From Octopus vulgaris (taxonomy: Eukaryota), in the NCBI GenBank assembly GCA_951406725.2, contig OX597843.1, positions 16,492,001 to 16,556,000 on the forward strand: a DNA stretch of 64,000 nucleotides, in the 5' to 3' direction. The notes beneath the pieces were generated by a model. That model searched no databases and was not told the DNA's origin. It saw only the letters and a list, made by a program, of their open reading frames with translations. This document shows, one piece after another, positions 50,926 through 64,000 of the stretch. The translations under genes were made by a program, and so were the position numbers. Each line of letters begins with the position of its first letter. Position 1 is the first letter of the stretch.

Positions 50926-52738
50926 CACACACACACACACATGTATATATGTAAATATATATCTGTATATATGGTATCTGTGTGCATTTTCTGTGGTGAT
51001 GGTCATGGGATGAAATATAGCTGGTGGGGACTGTTATGAAGTCATAGTGGGTGTAGCAGTGATTCTTCGTGTGTGTGTGTGTGTGTGTAATGGGGACGGG
51101 GTTGGGCAGAGGTGGCAGTGGCTTGCGTAGTAAGGGGTGGAGTAGGGTTGAAGGGGGAATGGGGGTAGAATGGTTCGAGGTGGGGGTGGATGGGTGGGAC
51201 GGTTTTGTTTGACCAGTCCAGATTCTGGTCATTTAATTTCATAAATGTATACTGATGTCGGTAGTGGTGGTAGCGGCGTGATGGTGGTGGCTGTTGTGGT
51301 TGTGGTGGTGTTGTTGTTGTTGGTGGTGGTGGTGTTGTTGGTGGTGGTGTTGTTGTTGGTGGTGGTGGTGGTGGCAGTGGTGGTGGTGGCGGTGGCAGTG
51401 GTGGTGGTGGTGGTGGTGTGATTGTGGTGGCTGTTGTTGTTGTGGTGGTGGTGGTGGTGTGATTGTGGTGGTGGTGGTGGTGGTGTGATTGTGGTGGTTG
51501 TGGTGGTGGTGGCGGTGGTGGTGGTGGCTGTGGTGGTGATGGCGGTGTTGGTGTGATTGTGGTGGCTGTTGTTGTTGTGATGGTAGTGATGTTAGTGGAG
51601 ATGTTGAAGATAGTTGTGGTAGTAGTGGTGAGGGTGGTGGCCGCGGTAGTAGTAGTAGTAGTAGTAGTAGTAGTACTACTTGAAGTATACCTGGTGATGT
51701 TGCTGATGTTGTTGTTGCTAAGCATCACATCTGTCCCAATCCAGCGGATCTATGGTGAGAGATGTTCCAGATATGACCACCCAGTCTTTTATTCAGGCAT
51801 AGTGTATCTAGGACTACATTATCTAATGTGATGGTTTTAGTTGTTGTTTAAGCCCAGGTCAGCTCTTATCCAGCAGATCTATGATGAGAGATGTTCCAGA
51901 TATGACTACCCAGTCTTCTGACAACCGGTGGTGGTTTGGTTACATCCTTGTAACTTAACAGTTTGACCAAAGGGCCTAATAGGATAAGAACCAAACTGAA
52001 AAAAAAAAATGATAAATACAAGGATTAATTTGTTGAACTAAAACCCTTCAAGGTGGTGCCCCAGCATGGCCACAGTCCAATGAGTGAAACAAGTAAAAGA
52101 TAAATGATGTAATGTAATGAAGTACATTATTTGATGAATATTTGGCTGCTATTTCTAGCGAAAAGGTGGGCTTGTCGTAATGATGTATTGATTAGTTAAT
52201 TAGTGTAATCTATGTTATTGATTAATTTATTTGTCCATTGACATGTTACACTGCATGTGTGTGTGTGTTTAATTAAATGTGTGTGTGTGTGTGTGTATGT
52301 GAGTATATTAGTGAGTGAGTGTGCGTGTATGTGTGTGTGTGTGTGTAAATGTGTCCATGTGGGTGTATGTGCGTGTGTGTGCTTATTTCTGTATGTCTGT
52401 GTAAGAGATTGTGTGTGTGTATGAGAGAGACAGAAAGAGAGAGAGAGAGAGTGAAAGAGAAATAGAGAGATCGAAAGAGAGAGAGGGAGAGAGACTGAAA
52501 GAGAGAGAGTGAAAGAGAAAGAGAGAGTGAAAGAAAGAGGGAGAGAGTGAAAGAGAAAGAGAGAGAGCAAAAGAGAAAGAGAGAGAGAGCAAAAGAGAAA
52601 GAGAGAGAGAGAGTGAAAGAGAGAGAGAAAGAGAGAGTGAAAGAGAGAGATAGTGAAAGAGAAAGAGAGAGAGCAAAAGAGAGAGGGGGAGAGAGACTGA
52701 AAGAGAGAGAGAGCGAAAGAGAAAGAGAGAGAGAGAGA

Positions 52739-52776
<38 letters not shown>

Positions 52777-53782
52777 CGAAAGAGAAAGAGAGAGAGAGAG
52801 CAAAAGAGAGAAAGAGAAAGAGAGAGAGAGAAAGAGAGACGGTGTATGTGCATGAAAGGGAGTGTGTGTGTGTGTATAGAGGGAGAATGTGTGTATGTTT
52901 TATTTCTGTATTTCTCTGCGAGTTTTTGTGTGTGGTGTGTATGTGTATGAGAAAGAATGAGTGTGTGTGTGTGAGGGAGAGAGAGTGTGTGTGTGTGTTC
53001 TGTATTTCTGTGTGAGAGTTTGTATGTGTGAGAAAGAGAGGGACAGTATATGTGTGTGAAAGGTAGTGTGTGTGTGTGTGTGTGTGTGTGTATGGTTGTT
53101 TCTATGTGTGTTTGTGTATGTGTGAGAAAGAGAGAGAGAGAGAGAGAGTGTATGTGTGTGAGAGAGTCAGTGTGTGCATGTGTGTTTGTGGGTGTGTGTG
53201 TTTATGCTTGTGTGTCTGTGTGAGGCGTGTGTGCATGTGTGTTTGTGTGTATGTGTGTATATATGTGCAAAAGTTCGTGTATGTACATGTGTGTGTGTGT
53301 GTGTGTGTGTGCATGTATGTGTGTGAGTGCATTTGTAAGAATATATGTGTGTGTGTATGTGTGTATCTGTCGTCTTCGATACTGTCTGCTTTTGTGTATA
53401 TATGCTTGTATATATATATATATATATATATATGAGTGGTGGGGTGTCTGCATGTATGTATAAATGTATAAATGTTTTGATGAATGAATAACTGTGTGTG
53501 TGTATATGTGTATGTGTTTATTATGACTAAGTGAGTGTTTGTATGTTTCCAGGCTATATGTATGAATATATGTGTGTGTGTGTATGTATGTGTGTCTTCA
53601 TATGTGTATAGTCATGTGTTTGTTTGTATGTATGTGTGTGTGTGTGTGTGTCCGTGTGTCACCCAGCTTGTTTTCAGGGCAGTTCCATCCATTGTGTATT
53701 TACCGTCATCTACAAGAAATCATTATTGGTGTTTTTCACAGTGTCTGCTTCTAACGACTCTTATTTAATTATATATGTATAT

Positions 53783-54362
53783 GAGTGGCTGTGTGGTAAG
53801 TAGCTTGCTTACCAACCACATGGTTCCGGGTTCAGTCCCACTGCGGGACACCTTGGGCAAGTGTCTTCTACTATAGCCTCGGGCCGACCAAAGCCTTGTG
53901 AGTGGATTTGGTAGACGGAAACTGAAAGAAGCCCGTCGTATATATGTATATGACACATACGTATAGGCGCAGGAGTGGCTGTGTGGTAAGTAGCTTGTTT
54001 ACCAACCACATGGTTCCGGGTTCAGTCCCACTGCATGACACCTTGGGCAAGTGTCTTCTACTATAGCCTCGGGCCGACCAATGCCTTGTGAGTGGATTTG
54101 GTAGACGGAAACTGAAAGAATCCCATCGTATATATGTATATATGTATTTGTGTGTATGTTTGTGTGTCTGTGTATGTCCCCCTAGCATTGCTTGACAACC
54201 GATGCTGGTGTGTTTATGTCCCCGTTACTTAGCGGTTCGGCAAAAGAGACCGATAGAATAAGTACTGGGCTTACAAAAGAATAAGTCCCGGGGTCGAGTT
54301 GCTGAATTAAAGGCGGTGCTCCAGCATGGCCACAGTCAAATGACTGAAACAAGTAAAAGAAT
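53783..54362 (+). mobile_element. Family-B SINE with duplicated head
   Basis: Head 53783-53940, full copy 53965-54362. Confidence 0.85.
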
Positions 54363-54647
54363 AACATGCTAGAAAGAACAGCTATATATATAGTATGTTG
54401 GAGAGCATTCACTCTAAACACCTTCATCCAAGGCATGTGTCTCCAGTTTAGGTACCTCCAGGGCCGAAAGTCAGTTCTTATCAAAGGAGTATGGAATTAG
54501 AAAGGCAGATGAATGTGAATGGTCTGGATGAGTTTACTTATACAGAATATAAAATACAGAATGGGAATTGAAGAATACTAAATTAACAACTGGAGTCATG
54601 TGATAGTCTTATCTTAACACCTGTTTCGAGTGAATCGTAGCTTACAT

Positions 54648-55240
54648 CAGTGGTTCCCAAAGTGGGCGGTACCACCCCACTGGGGGCAGTGGAAAATATC
54701 CCGGGAGGCATTGAAGGAAAATAGGACGAATATGGGGTGACAAAAATGGGGCAAGGGATGTAAAAGGACAAACAAAATAAAGGGCGCAAGCCCCCACCAA
54801 AGCAGCACCACTCAACTGCTCTCACAAACAAGAATACTAAAAATGAATCTGACCGCCCTCAAAAGTAAAGTTAAAAAAATGAGAAAAACAATCTGGAATC
54901 CTTGTCCAGTACCAGACTGATTCCAAAATTTAATCAGTTTGTGCCAGTCACAAGGGCTAACATTCCTGAAAATTTCATCTGAATCCAATCAGCGGTTCTT
55001 GAGATATCTTGTCCACAGATAAACAGACAAGCAAACAAATGCAACTGAAAACAATATCTCAGCCTTTGCTAAGGTGGAGGTAATAAAGGGTGAACTAGTT
55101 TGTTTTATTGGTGAAATACTGTTCTTTTGAATTTGCTGCAACAGTCTATGTCTAATGGTGAGTGGTGGGGTCAGAGGAGCACTAGGAATGTGGCCTCAGA
55201 CCCAAGGGAGCAGCAGCCTGAAAAAATTTCGGAACCACTG
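54648..55240. mobile_element. hAT (Charlie-like) non-autonomous element with a nested insertion
   Basis: TIRs cagtggttcc/ggaaccactg; 8-bp TSD gcttacat/gcgtacat (7 of 8 match). Confidence 0.75.
54827..55083. mobile_element. Possible Helentron/DINE-like non-autonomous element nested in the hAT element
   Basis: aacaag.. at one end and a terminal hairpin ctcagcctttgctaaggtggaggtaa at the other. Confidence 0.4.
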
Positions 55241-55380
55241 GCGTACATAATATAGACCCATAATGTTGTTGGTGTATGGAATAACATAAGTGCCCATGGA
55301 TGTATTAGGGGAAACCAGGTCACTCTAATCAGAATAAGGACTTCTGCTTGTGACTCCCAGAATTTTTATATATGCATATA

Positions 55381-55929
55381 CAGGGTGTTCCAAAAGAAAC
55401 AGTGCACTGAACATTTTCATAGGTATACATAAAGAAACAGTGCACTGAACACAAGAAAGGATATTTATAGTTGAAAATGTTTTCGTGTCAGTATGGCTGC
55501 AGTTGGTGATGTCTTTGGGGATCGTGTGATCTCTCGTGGTTTGTGGCCACCTCGATCACCGGATTTAACACCTCCTGACTTTTATTTGTGGGGCAAATTG
55601 AAAGACTCAGTGTATGCAGACAATCCTCGAACTACGGATGAACTGAAGCAGAAAATAACAAGTGTTATTCAAAACATCAAACCTGATGAACTTGAGTGTG
55701 TTTTTCAAAACACGCAGCGTCGCGCTCGTTTATGTCTGCAGGTGAATGGCGCACACTTTCAACAGTTATTGTAGATCATATCTTACTGCACGAGTCAATC
55801 CTCAATCGTACTTTAGTTGATAAGGTATTGAATTTGTGAATATTTGCAATAAATAGTATTTTTCTGTGAGTTTTGTTTCTTTGGGTTATTAGCATATTCC
55901 TACTGCACTGTTTCTTTTGGAACACCCTG
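55381..55929 (+). mobile_element. Internally deleted Tc1/mariner-superfamily transposon with transposase C-terminal remnant (55493-55774)
   Basis: TIRs cagggtgttccaaaagaaacagtgca / tgcactgtttcttttggaacaccctg, TA on both sides, WPPRSPDLTPPDFYLWGKLK motif carrying the third catalytic Asp. Confidence 0.92.
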
Positions 55930-56300
55930 TATATATGTGTGTGCGTAATGCATGCATATATATATGAAATGTATGTATATATATATATATATATTTAAGT
56001 AGGTGAATGAATTATCCTATGTTTATCGTCAGCATGGAAAATTCATTAAACCGAAACCTGGGTAGCAAATTCACGTCAGAAAACACGGTTGAAGTGACCT
56101 GTCAAGGGTAGAAACTCCGGGTTCATGTGTAGAAATTTGTGTGTTATATATGATTACTTTATCCCTTCTCTTCCCACTATCTATTTTTAACATCAATTCT
56201 TCTAACGGTTTTTTTAAAGAAACACTCATTATCGCTTTGTTTACCATGTAGGCAATCATCGAAATTTTTGTTTGTCTTGTTGTCGAGAGAGGCTCCCTTT

Positions 56301-56382
56301 CTTTCCTTATGAGAAGATTGCATAATGCACCCTTTATTCCTTTGGAATGAAAACATGTTGTCTTCGAAACATGTGTCGAGAG
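56301..56382 (+). ncRNA. Type I hammerhead-like motif (core G5 mutated)
   Basis: CTTTC-CTTATGA-GAAGA..loop..TCTTC-GAAA-CATGTG-TC-GAGAG. Confidence 0.6.
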
Positions 56383-56424
56383 TAAAGGAATTTTGTTAAC
56401 ATCTTCATTCAACTCCATTCTTTC

Positions 56425-56463
<39 letters not shown>

Positions 56464-56828
56464 AAATAAGAAAATGGAGGAATAGATCCCTTTCAATCAA
56501 CTTACAGATAATACCAATTCATATTATTTATTAACTATTTAAATAAGAACATCCAAATCCAACAGAATAAAACAATATTCATCAATAAATAAGATAATAC
56601 CATAAAAATAATACATACAAAATGGATCTTACAGATTCCTCCATTCTCTTATTTTGTATTATGAATTTGAGGTAAAACATTTTACCTTCGCCCATCTAAT
56701 ACAATAAATGAACTAATTGCATTGCAATTGTAAGCATTTATGTATTAGCCTTTTGGGTACTTTACTGGCAGTATATTGGATAAATGATATCCCATAGTGG
56801 GTTACACTCATAACCCCTATCTCACTTT

Positions 56829-56861
<33 letters not shown>

Positions 56862-56890
56862 GCTTTATTTAAAGCAGCAGAAAATTCAAC

Positions 56891-56938
56891 AAAACCTGTT
56901 ACTCTGAGTATCCCGTTGCCATTCGTTGGACAGTTTTT
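56891..56938 (-). ncRNA. Decayed hammerhead-like motif
   Basis: Minus strand: AAAACTGT-CCAACGA-atggcaacgg-GATA-CTCAGAG-TA-ACAGGTTTT; same CTCAGAG stem III as 10598-10604. Confidence 0.4.
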
Positions 56939-57028
56939 GCTAGCTTTAAGTAAAGCATATTACTCTACCACTGGTATTTGAGTACTCTTTTTTCCACCTT
57001 GTTTCACATTTATGTGTTTACTCCGGTA

Positions 57029-57080
<52 letters not shown>

Positions 57081-57649
57081 GAAATGAGGTACTCAGAAGA
57101 TCGGATGGTTTATATTTACAGATATTTATTTGTATATTACATTTTTATATATATATATCATATCACTTAGATCATTAGCGCTTTCTCCCATTCTAGTGGG
57201 GTTTTCAAATCAAAATAAGTTCCTGTGTGGAGAATTTTGATAATTTTATAGAGTTTCGTAGTGGTGGGGAGAAATATAAGACAGTACAAGAGGGTGATGG
57301 ATGAGGAGAAAGTGAGAGAGAGAACATGTGTGTATGTGTGTGTGTGTGTTTTTGTATCTGGGATGAGTGCTAAAGAGAAAGAGGGGAAGGGAGAGGGAAG
57401 AAGAAGAAAAGAATTTTTATGTATATATATATATATATATTCATGTGGCACCAGCACTGGTGATGGAGCCTTGTAATGAGCACCCAGTACTTTATGTAAA
57501 GTGTTTGGGATTAGGAAGGACAATCAGCCATAGACACCAAGCGAAAACTGACTATGGAACCGGATGGTGGGCCCTGGCTTGCCAGTTCCTGTCAAGCTGT
57601 CCAAACCATGCCAGCATGGAAAATGGACATTAAATGATAATGATATGTA

Positions 57650-57681
<32 letters not shown>

Positions 57682-58916
57682 CACGTGTGTGTGTGTGTGT
57701 CTATATACATGTATGCATATATACATGTATGTACATGTTTGTATATATATATATATGTATATCATATACATATATATATGTATGTATATCATATATATAT
57801 AGCACGTAACAAACACCATCCGAGCGTGGCCGTTTGCCAGCCTCGTCTGGCACCTGTGTCGGTGGCACATAAAAAGCACCCACTACACTCACGGAGTGGT
57901 TGGCGTTAGGAAGGGCATCCAGCTGTAGAAACACTGCCATATCAGACTGGGCCTGGTGCAGCCTTCTGGCTCCCCAGACCCCAGTTGAACCGTCTAACCC
58001 ATGCTAGCATGGAAAGCAGACGTTAAACGATGATGATGATGATGATATATATATATATATATATATATATGCATAGCATATATATATATAGATATATATA
58101 TACATAACATATATATATATGTATGTATATCATATATATAATATATATATATATCATATATATAATATATGTGTGTGTGTGTATACACGCGCACACGCAC
58201 ACACATACATACACACACACCAGCATTTCTCCCTAGAACTCACAATTTTTGCATATTTTCAACATTAACTATTTTCCGTTTTACTCTCATATCGATTTCT
58301 CACTCCTGCCGAAGACATTCAAGCAGAAATGGTTTTAAAATTCTGTTTTCCACACTATAGGATTTATATATATATCTTTCTGTGTATTCCGATATTATTT
58401 TATTCATATATTCTTTTATTCACGTATTCTGTTATTCAGATATTCTGCTCCATAAATTATTTTGTATTGCAATTCGTTTTGTATTGGATGTTTTTATGAT
58501 ATTGGGTTTTGATGTGTCTAAATTATTATACACACTTTATGTATATTTTTTTACTTGTGGTTGTGTGTTTATGTATTTACATATATATATATATATATAC
58601 GCACACATATAATCATCACACGCAAAAATGTATGTGTGTATAATTATATATAAGTGTGCATGTATATATATATATATATAATCATGCATGAATGTGTGTG
58701 TGTATATATATATGTATGTATGGTCAAATATGTATGGGTTATAAATGTATGTATATTTATATACAAATGTATGTGTTTATATGTATTTATCTAAATGCAG
58801 TGTATATATATTTTCAAACATGTGTCTCTTACAAACGTACATATATTTATACATGTACGTGTTTATATGTATTTATCTAAATGCAATGTATGTATATATA
58901 TATATTTATATATGTG

Positions 58917-58957
<41 letters not shown>

Positions 58958-59016
58958 GCATATATATATGTATATATATATATGTATATATATATATGTA
59001 TATATATATGTATATA

Positions 59017-59072
<56 letters not shown>

Positions 59073-59124
59073 CACGAATATTTGTGTGTGTGTGTGTGTA
59101 TATATATATACAGATAGATAGATC

Positions 59125-59163
<39 letters not shown>

Positions 59164-59835
59164 GATTATAGTAGCTGACACTGTACATATTGTTATTTGA
59201 ATTTCACATTCCCAATCACCAGACTTGATATGAAATTCAATATAGGGTTTCAGAATCTAAAATCAGGCAAGTGGAAAACAGCTGAAAAGAAAAACCCAGT
59301 AAAGTGGAACTGCAGATAATTGGTAGCGAAAGAAAGAAAGGAGTAAAGGCTGAAAATCCTGTTTCTTCATATAATGGTTGGCAAATGTGTGAAAGAGAAG
59401 TCATTGTGTGCTTCTCTGCTGGTTGATCTTTGGAATTAAAAGTTTGCGCAGAGAATAAATTCTAAAGCTGTACACTGTACACAGTCTTGTGTTCGGCAAA
59501 ATTTCGAAACGATTAAATGGATAATTCAATGGATCTACTTTGGTACAAATGTCCTTTTGTTTACAGAAGATAAATTATGGAGATCATCACCGTCGTCGTC
59601 TTTTTAACGTCCATCTTCCTGTCGTCCATGCTTGGATGGTTTGACGGTCTCTGAAAGGACGAAGAACTACATTGTTCTCTTATGTCTACTTTGACATAAG
59701 TGGATGCCCTTCCTAACGCCAACCACTTTATAGTGTAATGGGTGTTTTCTCATGCTGCCATGTAGCTTGCAACACTAACAGCCCCTTTGAATGAATAGGG
59801 CTAAAATCGAGACAACAGTGGCTTTTGTGACCATA

Positions 59836-60235
59836 TCTATATATATAAAAGAGAGGTTGTGTGCTGTCTGTCTCCTACGATTTAGATTCCTAACTACTCC
59901 CACATTTTGCGGTGCAGTTTAACCAAAACTGGGTATCTTATAGTCATGATTCATATCGAGCCCTTCTGGGTATTAGTGCGCGTCTACAATGAATCAACGA
60001 TTTAAAAAAAAAATTTACCATCAATTTTTCCCATTTTTAATGCATTTTTGGCATATATAAGGGAAGTAACTCTCTAAAAATTTATTATTAAATCTCAGAA
60101 CATAAAAAGCTACAGTAACCCCCCCCCTGCTATGTGGTTAACCATATTGAAATGGCTATTATACTTTACATCTCTAAAAATGCTTATATAGTTATTTCCC
60201 TTACAAACCCGAGCAACGCCGGGCGATACTGCTAG
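59836..60235 (+). mobile_element. Non-autonomous Helitron-like element carrying a retrozyme-derived insertion
   Basis: A|TC...cccgagcaacgccgggcg..CTAG|T; homologous to 7639-8140, with 89 extra bp at 60082-60170. Confidence 0.8.
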
Positions 60236-61117
60236 TTTCTTCTAAAATACGCTGCTTTTGTTTCAATTTATTTTGAAAATAAACAAGAATTTCAAAGAAT
60301 AACTTTGTATTATCAAGCTGATGTTTGGAGCAACATGAAATTTTGATAGAAGACTTCAATTTAGTTTCATTTTGGGATTTGGTTTGCAAGATTCTTTATA
60401 TGAGTTCGTGTGTTGAAGCATATTTTGTTGTGTCTGGGGAGAGTCATTTTCTTTTTGTGTCTTGTAATGTAACACACTCACCGGTAAAATTTCCACTTAT
60501 TTCTTATTTTTATTTTCCAATATATACCTGTGTGTGGGCGTGTGTGTGTGTATGTGTGTGGGTGGGTGTATGTGTGTGTGTGTCAAATTCCTCAGTAAGA
60601 AAAACGGCAACACCTGGTAACACATTAATTAACAAGTGAACCGTTATATGGTTGTTTAGTCTGCTAGAAATAGCAGTCAGGTCTTTAGATTTCGCTGTCT
60701 CAAAGAAAATCAGCCCCACCCCACCCCATCCACCCCGACACCCCTTTGATCGTAGGTAAGTCTGTTGGTTCATGTCGGCAATGGGGCAGAGTGAGGGGAG
60801 AATTGGGTGGTGGGGGGGAAACATTAGAAGGCACTTGCTGAGGAACTGTTCCCCCGTCATAGGGGTGCAGGAGGCGGGAGGGGGGTTGGTGGTAGGGGTA
60901 CAGATCGAAGTGCATGACCATTGTTGCATAGCACCAAATTTTTGTTAAACCAAACCGAACCAATCCAACCATGACTAACTACCACAATCATCACGACTGC
61001 TACTACTACTACTACTACTTCTTATTCTTCTACTACTACTACTACTACTACTACAACTGCTCTTCCTACTCCTCCTACTACTACTACTGCTACTACTACT
61101 ACTACTACTGCTACTGT

Positions 61118-61148
<31 letters not shown>

Positions 61149-61150
61149 GT

Positions 61151-61181
<31 letters not shown>

Positions 61182-61621
61182 GCTACTACTACCACCTCTT
61201 GCAGAAGTATTCTCACCCACTGCCACCCTGAAAAGTCCCCTCCCTACCCCGCCCTCCCCCGCCCCCCCCCGTCTCCAGCAAGGCAGAAAAGAAAAAAGAA
61301 AAGCACACAAAAGAACAAACAAGAAAAAGGTAAAAAAAAAAAAAAAAAAAAAACAAAAAAAAAAAACAAGAAAGAGAACAACAAAACAAGCAAAGAAAAA
61401 CAGAGAAAGCATTGTTTATGGAAGTTGTATTAATAGCAAAGAATATACAAATATAGACTGGCCCAGAATTTTATTGGCAGCGGAGCCAAAACCGTGTTCT
61501 GATTGATTTGTGAACAGAAAAAGGGTACCAGAACAGCCGTTAACTTAATTACACACACACACACACATATATGTATGTATGTATGTATGTGTATACATGC
61601 ATGTATGTGTATATATATACA

Positions 61622-61676
<55 letters not shown>

Positions 61677-61685
61677 ATGTGTGTG

Positions 61686-61717
<32 letters not shown>

Positions 61718-61765
61718 TATGTATGTATGTATGTGTATACATGCATGTATGTGTATATATATACA

Positions 61766-61825
<60 letters not shown>

Positions 61826-62327
61826 GGTGTGTGTGTGTGTGTATATATATGTATGCATGTATGTATATATATATATATATGTGTGTGCGGGTGTGTGTAT
61901 GTATATATATATATGTGTGCGTGTGTGTATGTATATATATATATGTGCGTGTGTGTATGTATATATATATGTGTGTGTACATATATGTATGCATGTATGT
62001 ATATATATATATATATATATATATTTACTAATGCATATTCACGCATACAGACATACTCATATGGATAAAGACTTATACGTACAGACATGCATATGTGTAA
62101 TTATACATTTCTACACATGCATATGAATTATGTATTTTTGTGTTTGTGTGCATATATACATATATATATGTATGTATATATATATATAATGTATATTATA
62201 CATAAGTATGTTTTTCATGCATGTTCATGTATACATAAACACTGTTATGCATACATATATACACACACACACACACATATATATATACAGACATATACAT
62301 ATGTGTGTATGTATGTATGTATGTATG

Positions 62328-62359
<32 letters not shown>

Positions 62360-62669
62360 CATACATACATACATACATTCACACAGACACATATATATGC
62401 ACATACTTACACATATATATAGAGAAAGCATACTTCCACAATCACACAAACACATACATACATACATATGCAGACATGGAAAAGTAGATGTCAAAATGTT
62501 GACGATGTGTGTGTGTGTGTATGCATGTATGTATATATGTGTGCATATTTATATATATATATATACATCTCTATATATGTATGTGTATATATATATAGGC
62601 GCAGGAGTGGCTATATATATATATATATATACATCTATATATATATATGTATGTGTATATATATATAAA

Positions 62670-62844
62670 TAGGCACAGGAGTGGCTGTGTGGTAAGTAGC
62701 TTGTTTACCAACCACATGGTTCCGGGTTCAGTCCCACTGCGTGGCATCTTGGGCAAGTGTCTTCTACTATAGCCTCGGGCCGACCAAATCCTTGTGAGTG
62801 GATTTGGTAGACGGAAACTGAAAGAAGCCTGTCGTATATATATG

Positions 62845-62875
<31 letters not shown>

Positions 62876-63080
62876 TTGTGTGTCTGTGTCTGTCCCCCTA
62901 GCATCGCTTGACAAAACCGATGCTGGTGTGTTTACGTCCCTGTCACTTAGCGGTTCGGCAAAAAAGAGAGCGATAGAATAAGTACTGGGCTTACAAAGAA
63001 TAAGTCCCGGGGTCGAGTTGCTCGATTAAAGGCGGTGCTCCAGCATGGCCGCAGTCAAATGACTGAAACAAGTAAAAGAG
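62670..63080 (+). mobile_element. Family-B SINE
   Basis: Full-length copy. Confidence 0.85.
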
Positions 63081-63519
63081 AAAAAAGAGAAAGAGTATAG
63101 TGTTCAAATGTAAGTGGTATTTTCCTTGTTTCTGCCTTTCTCTGTCTCTCTTGTTTACCCTTGTTGGTTCGAGGTTGTTGTATATATATATATATAATAT
63201 ATATCTGCGAAAAGATCTCAGAATTTTAATTGATTTGCTTTTCGCAGGAAGGAAGTTTCTTCGAAGATACGTCTCACTTTTATCCTTCGAAACGTAGAGT
63301 AGATGAAACCTTAGCGACTGAAGAAGGGGTTTTCGTTGTGCTAATTGTCCTGTACTCCATTTTTCTTGTCCTGTTCCTTGGTTTGTGTCTATGTTTTTCG
63401 TCTCTCTATGTGTTCGATCTTTTTGGTGTCCTGTACACATATATGCATGTATATGTACATGTAGAGGTAGGTACGTACATATATGTTTATATATATGCAT
63501 ATGTTCTATTCTTTTATTA

Positions 63520-63552
<33 letters not shown>

Positions 63553-64000
63553 AATATACACGCCCACACACACGCACTACCATCACCCTTTCAGTACTCC
63601 AGTGTAGCCTTCTAAGCCAAGTATTATTTCAATCAGTCACTCATTTATGCCATAGTCACCCCTATTATCATCCCCCCGCCCCGACTCTCTCTCTCTCTCT
63701 CTCTTTCGTCTTCTGATGCCTTTGTACCCACATTTCCTTTGCTTCTACCCTCATCGCCTTGCAGCTTCCATCTGCACCCACCCCCATCCTTGTTCTTGAG
63801 CCTTCTCTCTGTCTTCCTAACGATGGGTTATTCAGTGCAGTTCCACTACATGGCACCTCGAGCAACAGGGTGAATGCCTTTCCTTCTTTAGCCCCAGGTT
63901 AGCCAAGGCCTTGTCAGTGAATCTTGTAGACAGAAACTGAAGGAAGCCCATCGTATTTATGTGTGTATGTGTATATATAGGCGCAGGAGTGGCTGTGTGG

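Noticed and set aside
56071-56418. 115-aa ORF with ordinary composition
   Set aside because: No recognisable domain; antisense to an HHR-bearing repeat relic.
63240-63335. Hammerhead half-motifs (cttcGAAAcgta and CTGAAGAagg)
   Set aside because: The halves do not assemble into a motif with a proper stem I; at most a decayed relic.

Overview
Repeat-dense, AT-rich animal genomic DNA. The SINE/LINE repertoire and very long (TA)n/(CA)n tracts look like an Octopus genome (inference). There is one credible host gene: an intronless class A GPCR on the minus strand (19004 to 17856), SREB/GPR85-like, whose C-terminus probably carries a 1-bp frameshift (likely true stop at 17749). Almost every other ORF in the track is a microsatellite or SINE artefact. 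The rest is tRNA-derived SINEs, RTE/Tx1/R4-like LINE 3' ends, Helitron-like elements, hAT and Tc1/mariner derivatives, satellites and a telomere-like array. The most notable signal is RNA-level. At 42345-43260 a 352-bp non-coding unit carrying a type I hammerhead ribozyme (HHR) is present as about 1.6 tandem monomers plus one inverted monomer, i.e. a candidate non-LTR retrozyme with a circular-RNA template. A piece of it sits, with an 11-bp target-site duplication, inside a Helitron at 60082-60170. About ten further minimal HHR-like motifs of Penelope type occur in small microsatellite-embedded elements, including a near-perfect 204-bp palindrome with one HHR on each strand. All structures were read by eye; no folding or database search was run.
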